A stretch of 64,000 bases of DNA, taken from the IMG/VR virus record IMGVR_UViG_3300021400_001516; one strand, 5' to 3'. The stretch comes from an uncultured virus (IMG/VR IMGVR_UViG_3300021400_001516). Taxonomy: Duplodnaviria; Heunggongvirae; Uroviricota; Caudoviricetes. Positions 19,238-28,357 of the stretch are shown here, one piece after another. Both the position numbers and the translations under genes were made by a program. Every line of letters starts with the position of its first letter. The first letter of the stretch is position 1. The notes below the pieces were generated by a model. It was not told where the DNA came from. It ran no database searches and saw only the letters and a list, made by a program, of their open reading frames with translations.

Positions 19238-19653
19238 ATTTCAATCTGTTTAATCCTAGAAGAATATTGGATTGGCGGAAATTCAGGGTATTCTTTTCTA
19301 AAAGCCGTAGTTCCTATTTTACATATAGTTCCAAGTACTTCTAAGATATTATTTTTTGTCATTAATTTTTCTTGAAGCTTTGTCATCCAGTAGATAAGCT
19401 TTTCCACATTGTCATTCTTCTTCGGTAGTATTTCAAAAACTTTATGTCCAGAGTGAACGAAAAGTTGACCGAAGAAATCTATCCATTTCCAGGGAATTGT
19501 TATAGAAGTTCCGGAATGTAGGTAATATACTTGATATCCTTCTTTCCAAGTTCTCCCTATAACTAAGTTTTCTATTTCAACATCACTAGGGCGTAATGGG
19601 GGCTTATTTTCTTTATATCCTAGTTCTAGAAATTCTTTAATTATTTTTCTCAT
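19234..19653 (-). CDS. Hypothetical protein
   Basis: ORF track. Confidence 0.55.
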   Translation of the reverse strand: MRKIIKEFLELGYKENKPPLRPSDVEIENLVIGRTWKEGYQVYYLHSGTSITIPWKWIDFFGQLFVHSGHKVFEILPKKNDNVEKLIYWMTKLQEKLMTKNNILEVLGTICKIGTTAFRKEYPEFPPIQYSSRIKQIEI

Positions 19654-19898
19654 AGTAAGTAATATTTCATCAATCCTTGACCAGTTAAAACTATAGTTCT
19701 GTTTTCTGGAAATATATCATACCCAGAAGTGTCGCATAAATTTTTATATTCAAGAATATCAAGAAAATCATTTAAATCGTCTTCAATAAAAAAGGTTATA
19801 GATAATGCACCCGATCCAATAACGTCAGTAAAAAAAACTGAAAAAGGATATATATTATGTTCCTCTAAGAATTTAATTGTTTTTTCCTCTATTCCCAT
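19650..19898 (-). CDS. Hypothetical protein
   Basis: ORF track. Confidence 0.55.
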   Translation of the reverse strand: MGIEEKTIKFLEEHNIYPFSVFFTDVIGSGALSITFFIEDDLNDFLDILEYKNLCDTSGYDIFPENRTIVLTGQGLMKYYLL

Positions 19899-20314
19899 GG
19901 ATACTCTGTTATTTTATTTTTTAAAAGTCCAGAGTTATTTAGATACTCTGCTAAAAAAGTTCTATGACATCCTACAGGATTACCTCCATAACTCATTAAA
20001 ACTATTCCTTTAGCCCCACTTATATCCTTTAGATTAATAAGACGTTTTATAATTTGATTAAAGTCAATGTGTTTTATCTCATCTAGATATCTTTGCTTAT
20101 ATTCTTCAATTTCTATTTTTCTATCTCTCCTTGCTTGAAATAGTTCATTACTGGGAGAGAGATCTTTAAGATGAACTGCACTATCACTGTATTTTCCTAT
20201 AAGTTTTGAGTTATGTATACTTCTAAGAATAAAAATTGGAAGAAAATCATTCTTTATGAAGTATTTAAGAGTATAGGGGGTAACAAATGATGTGATTATT
20301 TCTATATCATACAT
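19889..20314 (-). CDS. DUF488-family protein
   Basis: LSPSNELF, YKQRYLDEI, CHRTFLAEYL motifs. Confidence 0.7.
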   Translation of the reverse strand: MYDIEIITSFVTPYTLKYFIKNDFLPIFILRSIHNSKLIGKYSDSAVHLKDLSPSNELFQARRDRKIEIEEYKQRYLDEIKHIDFNQIIKRLINLKDISGAKGIVLMSYGGNPVGCHRTFLAEYLNNSGLLKNKITEYPWE

Positions 20315-20320
20315 TTTTAA

Positions 20321-20716
20321 TTAAAATCCTGATCCTCCAAATTTTTTATATGCATTTCTAAATCCCGTAGCACTTCCTAATCCACTACTCCTAGTCTTTT
20401 TTCTTTTGTCGGAAGTTGAAGGATCCTCATTAAATTTTTTTCCTGACATTTGAAATCCTGAAGGAGCTTGATTAAGGCGCTTTACTAATTTTAGATTTCC
20501 TTCAATAATTCCCCGTATTGTGTATGAGTCTAGGTGGTAAGATATATCAGGGGAATTTAATAAATCTGTATTAGTAAGTCCTGAATCAAGAAGAAACTGA
20601 TTTAAGGTTACTAATGCTTCAGTTAAATTATTAGAAACCATTAAGGAATCAGTACTAGGTTCATATATTTTAAATATTTTTTGAGTTGGATCATAATTGA
20701 TTACAACCTCTATCAT
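20321..20716 (-). CDS. Hypothetical protein
   Basis: ORF track. Confidence 0.55.
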   Translation of the reverse strand: MIEVVINYDPTQKIFKIYEPSTDSLMVSNNLTEALVTLNQFLLDSGLTNTDLLNSPDISYHLDSYTIRGIIEGNLKLVKRLNQAPSGFQMSGKKFNEDPSTSDKRKKTRSSGLGSATGFRNAYKKFGGSGF

Positions 20717-21126
20717 CTTCTTCTACCACCTCCTCCGGAACTTCCTCCACGTGTTCCATGATTGTTGTTTCTCCCTCCAGGATTTCCAGGTCTTACACCA
20801 GGATTAGGGTTTCTATTTCCTCCTCCGGGCCTTATTCCTCCAGGATTATGATTTCCAGGCTTTGGAGGTTTTACATGACCTCCTCCATGCGGTTTTGGGG
20901 GTGGTGGCGGAGTAGGATGATGATAATAGATTGGGGGGCGTACGTGATATCTTCTTCCATAAAGATAACGACCCGTTTCCCAGTCATAATAATAATATCT
21001 ACTCCAATATGGTCTACTCTCTACTATTACAGTTGTAGTAGTTTCGGGAGTTTCTTCGACAATAGTTCCACAGCTTGATATTCCTAGTAAGAGGATAAAA
21101 GCTAAAAAAATAAAAGTCTTTTTCAT
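20713..21126 (-). CDS. Pro/Gly/Arg-rich lipoprotein
   Basis: Signal peptide with lipobox ISSC; Tyr-rich then PG/RG low-complexity tail. Confidence 0.7.
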   Translation of the reverse strand: MKKTFIFLAFILLLGISSCGTIVEETPETTTTVIVESRPYWSRYYYYDWETGRYLYGRRYHVRPPIYYHHPTPPPPPKPHGGGHVKPPKPGNHNPGGIRPGGGNRNPNPGVRPGNPGGRNNNHGTRGGSSGGGGRRR

Positions 21127-21548
21127 TTTAATAATAATGATGTGAGTAACCCTACTACTATACCTACAGCTCCACTAACTCCCGCACCAATGATAAATTT
21201 CTTTTTATATTTTTCATTTTTTATTTTAAGTTTATCATTTTCAGTTAGTAAGTTAGAAACTTTATCAGTATAGTAAACTTCTTTTTTTGCTTCTCGTTGT
21301 TCGATAGTTTTAATCTCTTCCCCCATTAAAGAGATACGAACAGAATCTGAATTTGATTTTTCCTTAAGTAGTCTATTTTCTTCTTTTGTCCATTTCCATT
21401 CTTCTATAATTCCGTTTATTTTTCCTAGTTGTTGTGGAGTAATTTGAATAATTGTATCTCCATTAACGACAGTCATAGTCTGGCTTTTAAGAGTTTGGGG
21501 GAATGAAAAAAAGAGGAATAATATGGAAATCAATAATTTAGTTTTCAT
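21123..21548 (-). CDS. Exported coiled-coil protein with C-terminal TM anchor
   Basis: Signal peptide, coiled coil, C-terminal hydrophobic helix. Confidence 0.6.
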   Translation of the reverse strand: MKTKLLISILFLFFSFPQTLKSQTMTVVNGDTIIQITPQQLGKINGIIEEWKWTKEENRLLKEKSNSDSVRISLMGEEIKTIEQREAKKEVYYTDKVSNLLTENDKLKIKNEKYKKKFIIGAGVSGAVGIVVGLLTSLLLK

Positions 21549-21867
21549 ATTTTCCTAATATCTCCCTTAAGTAATTTAAAGCAGAGTCGGTTGGGAGATT
21601 TTTAACACTATCGACTCTTTCATATTTTAGCCTTGCAATGGTCATAATACTGTCCATTAAAGCCTCTGATTTTATTTTCTCTTCTTCTGCAACTCTTCTC
21701 AAGGAATCAATTTTTTGATTTTCTTCCTGTATTAAAGAATCGGGAATCACAACAGCCGTGCTAGTCGGCTTGGGATTAATGACATACTTATCAAGAAGTA
21801 CACCACACCCAAGACCAACTAGTAAAGCTATTATGATGGCGAAGATGAGATTTTTATTGTTGTTCAT
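21538..21867 (-). CDS. N-terminal TM coiled-coil protein
   Basis: TM followed by coiled coil with IDSL/DSI motifs. Confidence 0.6.
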   Translation of the reverse strand: MNNNKNLIFAIIIALLVGLGCGVLLDKYVINPKPTSTAVVIPDSLIQEENQKIDSLRRVAEEEKIKSEALMDSIMTIARLKYERVDSVKNLPTDSALNYLREILGKYEN

Positions 21868-22441
21868 CTTCTACAAATATACCAATTCTGTACTCAATAT
21901 TCGAATCTGGGTCTTTTTTGTAATTTAAGCGAAGATGATAGATTCTATAATCTTCGTCTGCCCTGATGGCGTGAGTACCCCAACCATCTGATTCTTCTAG
22001 CTGGTTATTGAGATATGTAAGCTTATTCAACTTTCCACTAATCTCTACTAGCTCTGCTTGACTGGTTTTCGGGTCTTTAGACTTTTCTACCAGTTGTGAA
22101 ATAGTCTCTAAAACTTCATCACGATTCATCAATCCTTCGCTGTTCCCCTCATCAAGGGGATACTGTTGGATAGGATCAGCGCCAGTAAGATAATTAAGAT
22201 AGATTCCTCCGATCTTAATACTTCCCAGCTCAGCTACTCTAGCAGTATACCCCTTGCAGCGGGAAATTGCAGAAGTAATATCTTGAATTTGTTTCAGAGA
22301 AGTTGTCATTCCAAGGCTTATGAATATACCTAACGGTTTTGTAAATTCTTCACCATCAGTACTATTTACATTAAAAAGTTTGTACTTAGACTTTTGGTAG
22401 AAGATACTAACAAGTTCGTTTACAGCTTCTCTATTTACCAT
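21854..22441 (-). CDS. Hypothetical protein
   Basis: ORF track. Confidence 0.6.
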   Translation of the reverse strand: MVNREAVNELVSIFYQKSKYKLFNVNSTDGEEFTKPLGIFISLGMTTSLKQIQDITSAISRCKGYTARVAELGSIKIGGIYLNYLTGADPIQQYPLDEGNSEGLMNRDEVLETISQLVEKSKDPKTSQAELVEISGKLNKLTYLNNQLEESDGWGTHAIRADEDYRIYHLRLNYKKDPDSNIEYRIGIFVEDEQQ

Positions 22442-24270
22442 GATGAATACTCCCTTGCGCTTTTATTAAAGTTCCTTACCTTAAGGTATTTAAACTTCTG
22501 GGAGTAGTTCTGGCAACCGTAATTAAAACCATACATCGCATACTTAGGCATCTTATCTGATACATCAGCCCATTCCTGTAGATAATCCTCAAAGTCTGAA
22601 ATTACTACCAGGATTGCATTTTCATCATAATGATCCCTAAAGTACTTAATACCTCTTGCTATAGAGGTACCTCCTCCGGTAGAAATTCTGGGAACGCCCT
22701 TCTTAGGATCGATGTCCCTGAGGTGTTCTCCAAGTCTCGTATTCCAGGAGATGATGTCATACTTCAAACCTCTACCCGTTCCACACTTTCTCATCTTATT
22801 AGCGATAGTATTCAGAATTCTATCTACAAGACGAGTGTTCATTGATCCAGAGATATCGATAAGATATACGATCTTAGGTTCATAGGTAATGGTTATCTTG
22901 GAATTGAGTGAGGGAGCAATTACGCCCTTCACCACACCACGGTTATGGTTCTTCATTACGTCTCGAACAAATTCGCGTTTAACTACTCTGCTCTTGAAGT
23001 TTCGAATAACCTCATCAATAGCTTCGTCCACGGGATCAGTGTTCTTTTGAACTTCTCTGGTTCCGTAAGAACCTCCACTATTGCCACAGCCAACTCCACC
23101 TCCGGCGGATATTTGACCGAGTTCTCGTTTCTTGTCAGTGGAATCTCGTTCCTCTGATCGATGATCTTGGAATCGATTGGTCGAGCCATCTCTAAGTCCA
23201 AGCCTAGAAGAAGTCTGTTTTTGATTGGACCCCTTATAGCCTCCGACATTAGAAGTATCATTGGGACCAAGTTCAGTAGCGTCATTAGGATTATCTCCGT
23301 TAGGAGTTCCTCCTTGACTTTGACCTTGACCCTGTCCTTGATTAGGCTGTCCCTGTCCTTGACCCTGCTGAGGATCTGCCATTCCCATTTGTTTCATGAG
23401 TTCGTCTAATCCCATAGAGGAATTTCCGTTACCCATTTGGTCTAGCATATCCTTAACGTCTTGATCTGATACTTCAGAAGTATCACCCATACCGCCCTGT
23501 TGAATGTTTACGAGCATCTTGACAAATTGATCAAGATTCTCAATAATCATCATAAGGTACTCTGGATAAGTCAATCCGTCGGGAAAAGGTTCATCAGGTT
23601 TTCCAGGCATGTGATACCTGCAAGGGAGAATAAGTTTTATCTTACTCTCATTTTCAATCTTTTTGAGAACATCCTCTAACTGCTTTTTTTCCTCATCCGT
23701 AAGTTGGACGTTTGGATCTCCAAGAACTTTCTGAATATGTTCTTTTTCGACCTTGGAAAAGAGTGAGGTAATGTCTGCTTCCATTTCCTCCACATCATCT
23801 TTACTTAGGATTTTGGAATTAACTTCCATATCCATAGCAATATTATGAAGGCTATGGTTTAAGACGGGATCGTCAATAACTCTTTCGATGAGTTTGTCGG
23901 CGAAATCGATTCCACAACCGGAGTTGATTCTTTCTATCAACTCCCCTCTGTAATATTGAAAAACATTACAGATTTGGGTATCGAGCTCTTCATAAAGGCC
24001 GTCGAGATGGGCAAAGTAAATATGCCCATACTCATGCATCTTAATTCTATAATCAGTACGTTCTATCCCAGTGGGAAAACATACAATATTATAGACAGTA
24101 AGTTGCCTTCCATTACTAGAATCTACGGTTCGGTATCTGAATGAATATCCGAGTTCCGCATCTTCCAGTGAGAAAGGTTTATCGTCCTTTATTCTGAGTG
24201 AGTTTCCAAAGTTATTGTAAGCTCCCTTAACGAAGTTCTCGATAGCCTCTAATTCAGCTCGACTCTTCAT
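22435..24270 (-). CDS. Metallopeptidase-like (HExxH) plus VWA domain protein (DUF2201-type)
   Basis: MHEYGH, NIAMDMEVN, Q/G-rich linker, MIDAS DISGSM, GGGT, ISD. Confidence 0.8.
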   Translation of the reverse strand: MKSRAELEAIENFVKGAYNNFGNSLRIKDDKPFSLEDAELGYSFRYRTVDSSNGRQLTVYNIVCFPTGIERTDYRIKMHEYGHIYFAHLDGLYEELDTQICNVFQYYRGELIERINSGCGIDFADKLIERVIDDPVLNHSLHNIAMDMEVNSKILSKDDVEEMEADITSLFSKVEKEHIQKVLGDPNVQLTDEEKKQLEDVLKKIENESKIKLILPCRYHMPGKPDEPFPDGLTYPEYLMMIIENLDQFVKMLVNIQQGGMGDTSEVSDQDVKDMLDQMGNGNSSMGLDELMKQMGMADPQQGQGQGQPNQGQGQGQSQGGTPNGDNPNDATELGPNDTSNVGGYKGSNQKQTSSRLGLRDGSTNRFQDHRSEERDSTDKKRELGQISAGGGVGCGNSGGSYGTREVQKNTDPVDEAIDEVIRNFKSRVVKREFVRDVMKNHNRGVVKGVIAPSLNSKITITYEPKIVYLIDISGSMNTRLVDRILNTIANKMRKCGTGRGLKYDIISWNTRLGEHLRDIDPKKGVPRISTGGGTSIARGIKYFRDHYDENAILVVISDFEDYLQEWADVSDKMPKYAMYGFNYGCQNYSQKFKYLKVRNFNKSAREYSSW

Positions 24271-24272
24271 TT

Positions 24273-25820
24273 TTAGGAGTTAGTAAAACTTTTGATTTGT
24301 ACAGTTGCTTCAGCCAGGTCGGGATGAGTCTTGGTCAGAATCTTCTGGATAGTCTTCAACTTGAAGGCTGCTCTTCTCAACTTGGTGGCCGTATCTCTCA
24401 GATAGGTCTTAGTATCCTCATCATAACCACGACTGGGTTCATTGATGAGCTTAGAATACTCAGTCATCAAAGATGAGATGATATTCCAGTGTGCTACATC
24501 ACCGGCGAATTGTTCCGGAGTGATGGGGCAAGAGAACGAATCCGAGTTCGGATTGGTATCCACTTTGTACTTAACGAACTTGTCTGAAGACTTAACAAGT
24601 CTGTCGCCGATCTGCTGGACCATAGACGGATCAATGGGACGGGCAATGTTAGCCATCTCACGATCTCCTGCAAGTTCGTTGATCTTGTTGATCATGGCAT
24701 TCATAGTGGGAACGTCGAACGACTTACCCTTTGCAATACACTCAGCGAAGAATGCCTCGTACTCGGGAAGTTTGCTGTTGCTCATTTTTTCAATGTCATT
24801 AACAACATCAACCATCTGATCAACATATTCCTTTGTTACATAGGATTTCTTCAGTTCACCCTTCCTTTCACCACTAGTTTCGCGGGAAAGGGACAAGCCT
24901 ACAAGACCGTAAACCATTTCCTGATAAACATCAGAAGTGATTCCAGCCTTACCGAAGCATACGTAGAATGCCTTAGTGATCTCAACCAAGTAGTTGAGGG
25001 ATCGATAAGTAATGATACCGGGAAGAGGTTCATCGTTTTCGAGGTCAGAATAGAGGTTTCCAAGTTCAGTTACCTTGGGATCAAACTCTTTCTTACTGGC
25101 CTCGCCGAGCTGCTTAGTTACAAGCTTTACACGTCTCTCGATGTATTCTCCAATCTTGTCGAGAATTTCGGGACTGTAACTCTTCTCTTGGGCATCAATG
25201 TCCTTCATCAGCTTTTGAAGAGTTTCGTTGACATAATCAACTCTCTTTCCAGCGATGGAGCCCTCGTACCTACACAGGAAGGTATCAAGATCCTTCAATT
25301 TAGGTACCACATTGTAGATGCAAAATCTGTTCATCAGAGGCGCCAGCATGATCATTGAGTTACTCAAGTTGCTCGCATAGTTACCTGCCGAAACAATCAA
25401 AGTTGAATCGGGAAGTTTTTCGCGGCCAACCATACGCTCAATCACCAGGTGGAGCAAGGCTGCCTGAACAAGGTCAGGAGCTGTAGTAATCTCATCCAAG
25501 AAGAGCAAGGATTTCTTTCCCTGCGCCTCATTGTCCAGAATTGATTGAAACCAGTCCGGGCGAAGACGAATAGTTGCAAGGTTTCCCTCTGACATGTTGT
25601 CAGGAGTAGTGGGATAGCCCAGAATACTATCGTAACTCTCAGAGTTGCCTCGAACGATGACTACTTCATAGCCTCGTACCTTAGCGAACATGTTGACAGT
25701 TGCGGTCTTACCTGTACCGGGATTGCCAATTAAGAACAGCGGACAAGCATCTTTGGCTTTCTCAGCTACTTTAAGAGCTGCGAAAATTTTTGCATTCAAT
25801 GAATCTCCTAATTTTGCCAT
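24273..25820 (-). CDS. MoxR-like AAA+ ATPase
   Basis: GNPGTGKT, LFLDEIT, VQAALL, AGN, PLMNRF; adjacent VWA partner; promoter motif 25863-25868 (-). Confidence 0.85.
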   Translation of the reverse strand: MAKLGDSLNAKIFAALKVAEKAKDACPLFLIGNPGTGKTATVNMFAKVRGYEVVIVRGNSESYDSILGYPTTPDNMSEGNLATIRLRPDWFQSILDNEAQGKKSLLFLDEITTAPDLVQAALLHLVIERMVGREKLPDSTLIVSAGNYASNLSNSMIMLAPLMNRFCIYNVVPKLKDLDTFLCRYEGSIAGKRVDYVNETLQKLMKDIDAQEKSYSPEILDKIGEYIERRVKLVTKQLGEASKKEFDPKVTELGNLYSDLENDEPLPGIITYRSLNYLVEITKAFYVCFGKAGITSDVYQEMVYGLVGLSLSRETSGERKGELKKSYVTKEYVDQMVDVVNDIEKMSNSKLPEYEAFFAECIAKGKSFDVPTMNAMINKINELAGDREMANIARPIDPSMVQQIGDRLVKSSDKFVKYKVDTNPNSDSFSCPITPEQFAGDVAHWNIISSLMTEYSKLINEPSRGYDEDTKTYLRDTATKLRRAAFKLKTIQKILTKTHPDLAEATVQIKSFTNS

Positions 25821-25962
25821 TTTTTCTAAATTTTAAAATTTTACATGAAACTTAATGTCTTATATAAGAAATTCGGGGGTTTTGAAGAGAATTAACTTTA
25901 TTAAAAAAAAAAGATTTCCGGAATAGTGGATTTCCGGATATCATTGATTCATTATTTTTGAT

Positions 25963-26577
25963 TTATTCTTCGAATTTTTCTCCATTAATAGAGACCATTC
26001 TGTCATAGGATATAGTAGCAGTGTAATATTTCATTACTCCCTCGATCATAGTATTGAACTCTGGAAATTCAATTTTTGTAATTTTGGGTTCGTAGTATCG
26101 TGTAGAGACGCGTATAATATCAGAATCGTCTCCATACTCAGAAAATTCAAACCACTCGGGAGAATTTTGATTAAAATCGTTTACTAAATCTATGATTTCT
26201 TGATCTAATTTGAAATTAGTATATTCACTAGGTTTTCCAAAGTAGTGTTTTGCATCTACCATTGTAAAGGAGATTTTAAATTCATGTTCTACTTTTGAAT
26301 TACTAATATCATAACTAGGTTTAGTTACAATAAATATTTGATCAGGCTTAATGAAGCAGTCCGCTTTTTCAAAACGTGCTGAAAAAGTATTTAGAAGAAT
26401 ATAATCTTCTTTTGCAGGACCTAGCCCCGGATGAGTATTATTTTCTTCATTTTCTTCAGGTTTGATTTCTGCTTTAATCTGATCTTTTAAATTATTGTTT
26501 TCTTTTTGTACTTTTTCATTTAGTACAGTCTTAGGAAGTTGATCTTTAATACCTTTTAATTTATCAATGATGCTCAT
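25963..26577 (-). CDS. Hypothetical protein, C-terminus resembles tail-tube (T4 gp19-like) fold
   Basis: PKITKIEFPEF...YTATISYD pattern; weak. Confidence 0.4.
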   Translation of the reverse strand: MSIIDKLKGIKDQLPKTVLNEKVQKENNNLKDQIKAEIKPEENEENNTHPGLGPAKEDYILLNTFSARFEKADCFIKPDQIFIVTKPSYDISNSKVEHEFKISFTMVDAKHYFGKPSEYTNFKLDQEIIDLVNDFNQNSPEWFEFSEYGDDSDIIRVSTRYYEPKITKIEFPEFNTMIEGVMKYYTATISYDRMVSINGEKFEE

Positions 26578-26599
26578 ATGATTTAAAATTTATGAAATT

Positions 26600-26730
26600 A
26601 ATTTAAGGTTCGGAGACTTAGCTGGGAGTAACTCAAGAATATAGTAAAATATTCAAGTCCACCAAAGTTACTCCCAACGTATCTCCTTAGGTACGTACAT
26701 ACCGATTCCGCACAAAAGCGAAATTCCTCA
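26600..26730 (-). promoter_or_regulatory. Structured 5' leader of 25963-26577
   Basis: Promoter motif 26733-26738 (-); perfect 11-bp tgggagtaact/agttactccca stem with flanking and internal helices. Confidence 0.5.
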
Positions 26731-26819
26731 GATATAAGGAGGTAGGCGGATTTCAAGGGAAAATTTTTCCAAAAGTAACCTTATATATGTATTATTAACA
26801 ATTTAATATTTAAGATACT

Positions 26820-27137
26820 ATGTTATTTACTGAAACAAACGAAGAACAATTAAAAAACCTACTCCTTAGGGAGCAGCTGGAGAAAGGATTACGTCCTTTT
26901 ATCGAAGACTCAACTTTAAATATTATAGTCGAGGGCCTCGGTAATGATGAGAATGAACGGAATCGATCATTCTTCGATCAAGTAAGTCAAAGTTTAACTC
27001 ACTTTATAAAGGAGAAGAAGACACTTCCGATTCTCGGCAAATACCGCTTTGCAGGTGAGACAGTTGATCTCATTAAGTATGACGAGATCGTATATACGGA
27101 GGACTCGGCGTCTTTATTTATAGAGGCGTCTGTTTAA
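26820..27137 (+). CDS. Hypothetical protein
   Basis: ORF track; CTTATA 26780-26785; terminator ~27155-27188. Confidence 0.6.
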   Translation: MLFTETNEEQLKNLLLREQLEKGLRPFIEDSTLNIIVEGLGNDENERNRSFFDQVSQSLTHFIKEKKTLPILGKYRFAGETVDLIKYDEIVYTEDSASLFIEASV

Positions 27138-27223
27138 TAAAAGGACAAGTTGATAAGGGTATACATCAAGGTATGCCTTTTCTTTTTTCCTTCTCATTAG
27201 GCCTAAAAAACCTTATATATATA

Positions 27224-27760
27224 GAAATAAGTTAGTCTTATTTCAAAACCACGTATCTGAAACGTATGATACTAACTTGCTTAGGCAAACTAAAGGTGTC
27301 CCACGGGAACCTAAGCAAGGACAGACAGTAGAGGTGGCTACTGAGTTCGTCTAGGCGAACAGAAAATAGGTGGGAGTATCTATAGCATTTTGGTTATGAT
27401 ATATAGATATATAGGCCTAGAGCGTTAAAGGTATTAGAAGACAAGTCTGAGAACGGCACCAAATTTAAGCTTAGTATCGGACAATCAAAAAATTAACAAA
27501 ATAATAAATGCTCTAACTGAAGAAGTTAAGGGCGCCGGTGTGAGCCGGAGTATGAAGAATATTCCTAAGCAGCACCAAAACCGAGGTAGTCAGTGTACAC
27601 TGATGAACTCAGAAAAGGATTTTTAGATTAACTGTATTATCTAGATTTCCCCAGTAAGAGGTCGGGATGTTTAGGGGAGAAGAATACAGTTCTCTACTAA
27701 GGATGACTAGAAAGGCCGAAGAGGTATCCGGATGGCACCTTAGTTAAACATCATAAATCC
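27224..27760 (+). ncRNA. Large ornate structured non-coding RNA (~540 nt), family unassigned
   Basis: Own promoter (27212-27217) and terminator; no ORF >=60 aa; more than 10 helices incl. long-range 27341-27351/27602-27612 and crossing 27666-27673/27745-27752. Confidence 0.75.
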
Positions 27761-27791
27761 AAGAAAGAGAAATTCTTGGTATTATTTTTTT
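27759..27791 (+). terminator. Intrinsic terminator of large ncRNA
   Basis: ccaagaa-agagaaa-ttcttgg then T-run. Confidence 0.7.
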
Positions 27792-27846
27792 GCCCCCTCT
27801 ATCCCATTGTTTCCTTATAACTGATTAAGAAAAATAGATTAGAAAA

Positions 27847-28338
27847 ATGGAAAAAATTAATCCTGAAATTCAAGAGCATGTTTGTTTTTACAATGCGTGT
27901 ATTAGAGTCTTGAAAGAGGCTCACTCTGATTTAACGGATGAAAAATTAATGGAAATTCTTAAGGATATTGATTTCTTAGATACGAAATCTATTGCTATAA
28001 AAGCATTATTATGGCCTTTTGGAATTTCTAACCGAGAATTATTGTTTGCTCCTCTAGCAAGGTGTTTTAATTTTATTCGCAGAGTAGGGGACAATACTAC
28101 AAAGCTTGTTTGTAAATTATTTTCAATAGGAGTAGATTTATTATATACTCTTGGAGTATTCTATTTTATGTTGTCTTGGTTTTCTCCAGGACGTACTGAT
28201 GTTGGAATGCTATTTCTTCCATTAGGGTGCTCCTTTATTTATTATATGGCTTCAAGATTTTTTAATTATACCTACTTAGTTACTGAAGTAGAGTGGTATT
28301 ATCATCAAAAAGAAAAGTTAAAAGAATTGACAAGTTAA
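27847..28338 (+). CDS. Membrane protein
   Basis: Two C-terminal hydrophobic helices; CTTATA 27814-27819. Confidence 0.6.
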   Translation: MEKINPEIQEHVCFYNACIRVLKEAHSDLTDEKLMEILKDIDFLDTKSIAIKALLWPFGISNRELLFAPLARCFNFIRRVGDNTTKLVCKLFSIGVDLLYTLGVFYFMLSWFSPGRTDVGMLFLPLGCSFIYYMASRFFNYTYLVTEVEWYYHQKEKLKELTS

Positions 28339-28357
28339 TTATGAAAAAATTAATGTT

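Noticed and set aside
27598..27616. Hammerhead-like ctgatga...gaaa
   Set aside because: Only 5 nt between core elements so no stem II; the segment is better explained by a long-range helix
27490..27630. tmRNA call for the large ncRNA (A-rich run then aataaatgct resembles a resume context)
   Set aside because: Frame does not end in an ALAA-like tag, and no tRNA-like GGGG 5' end, T-arm or CCA 3' end was found
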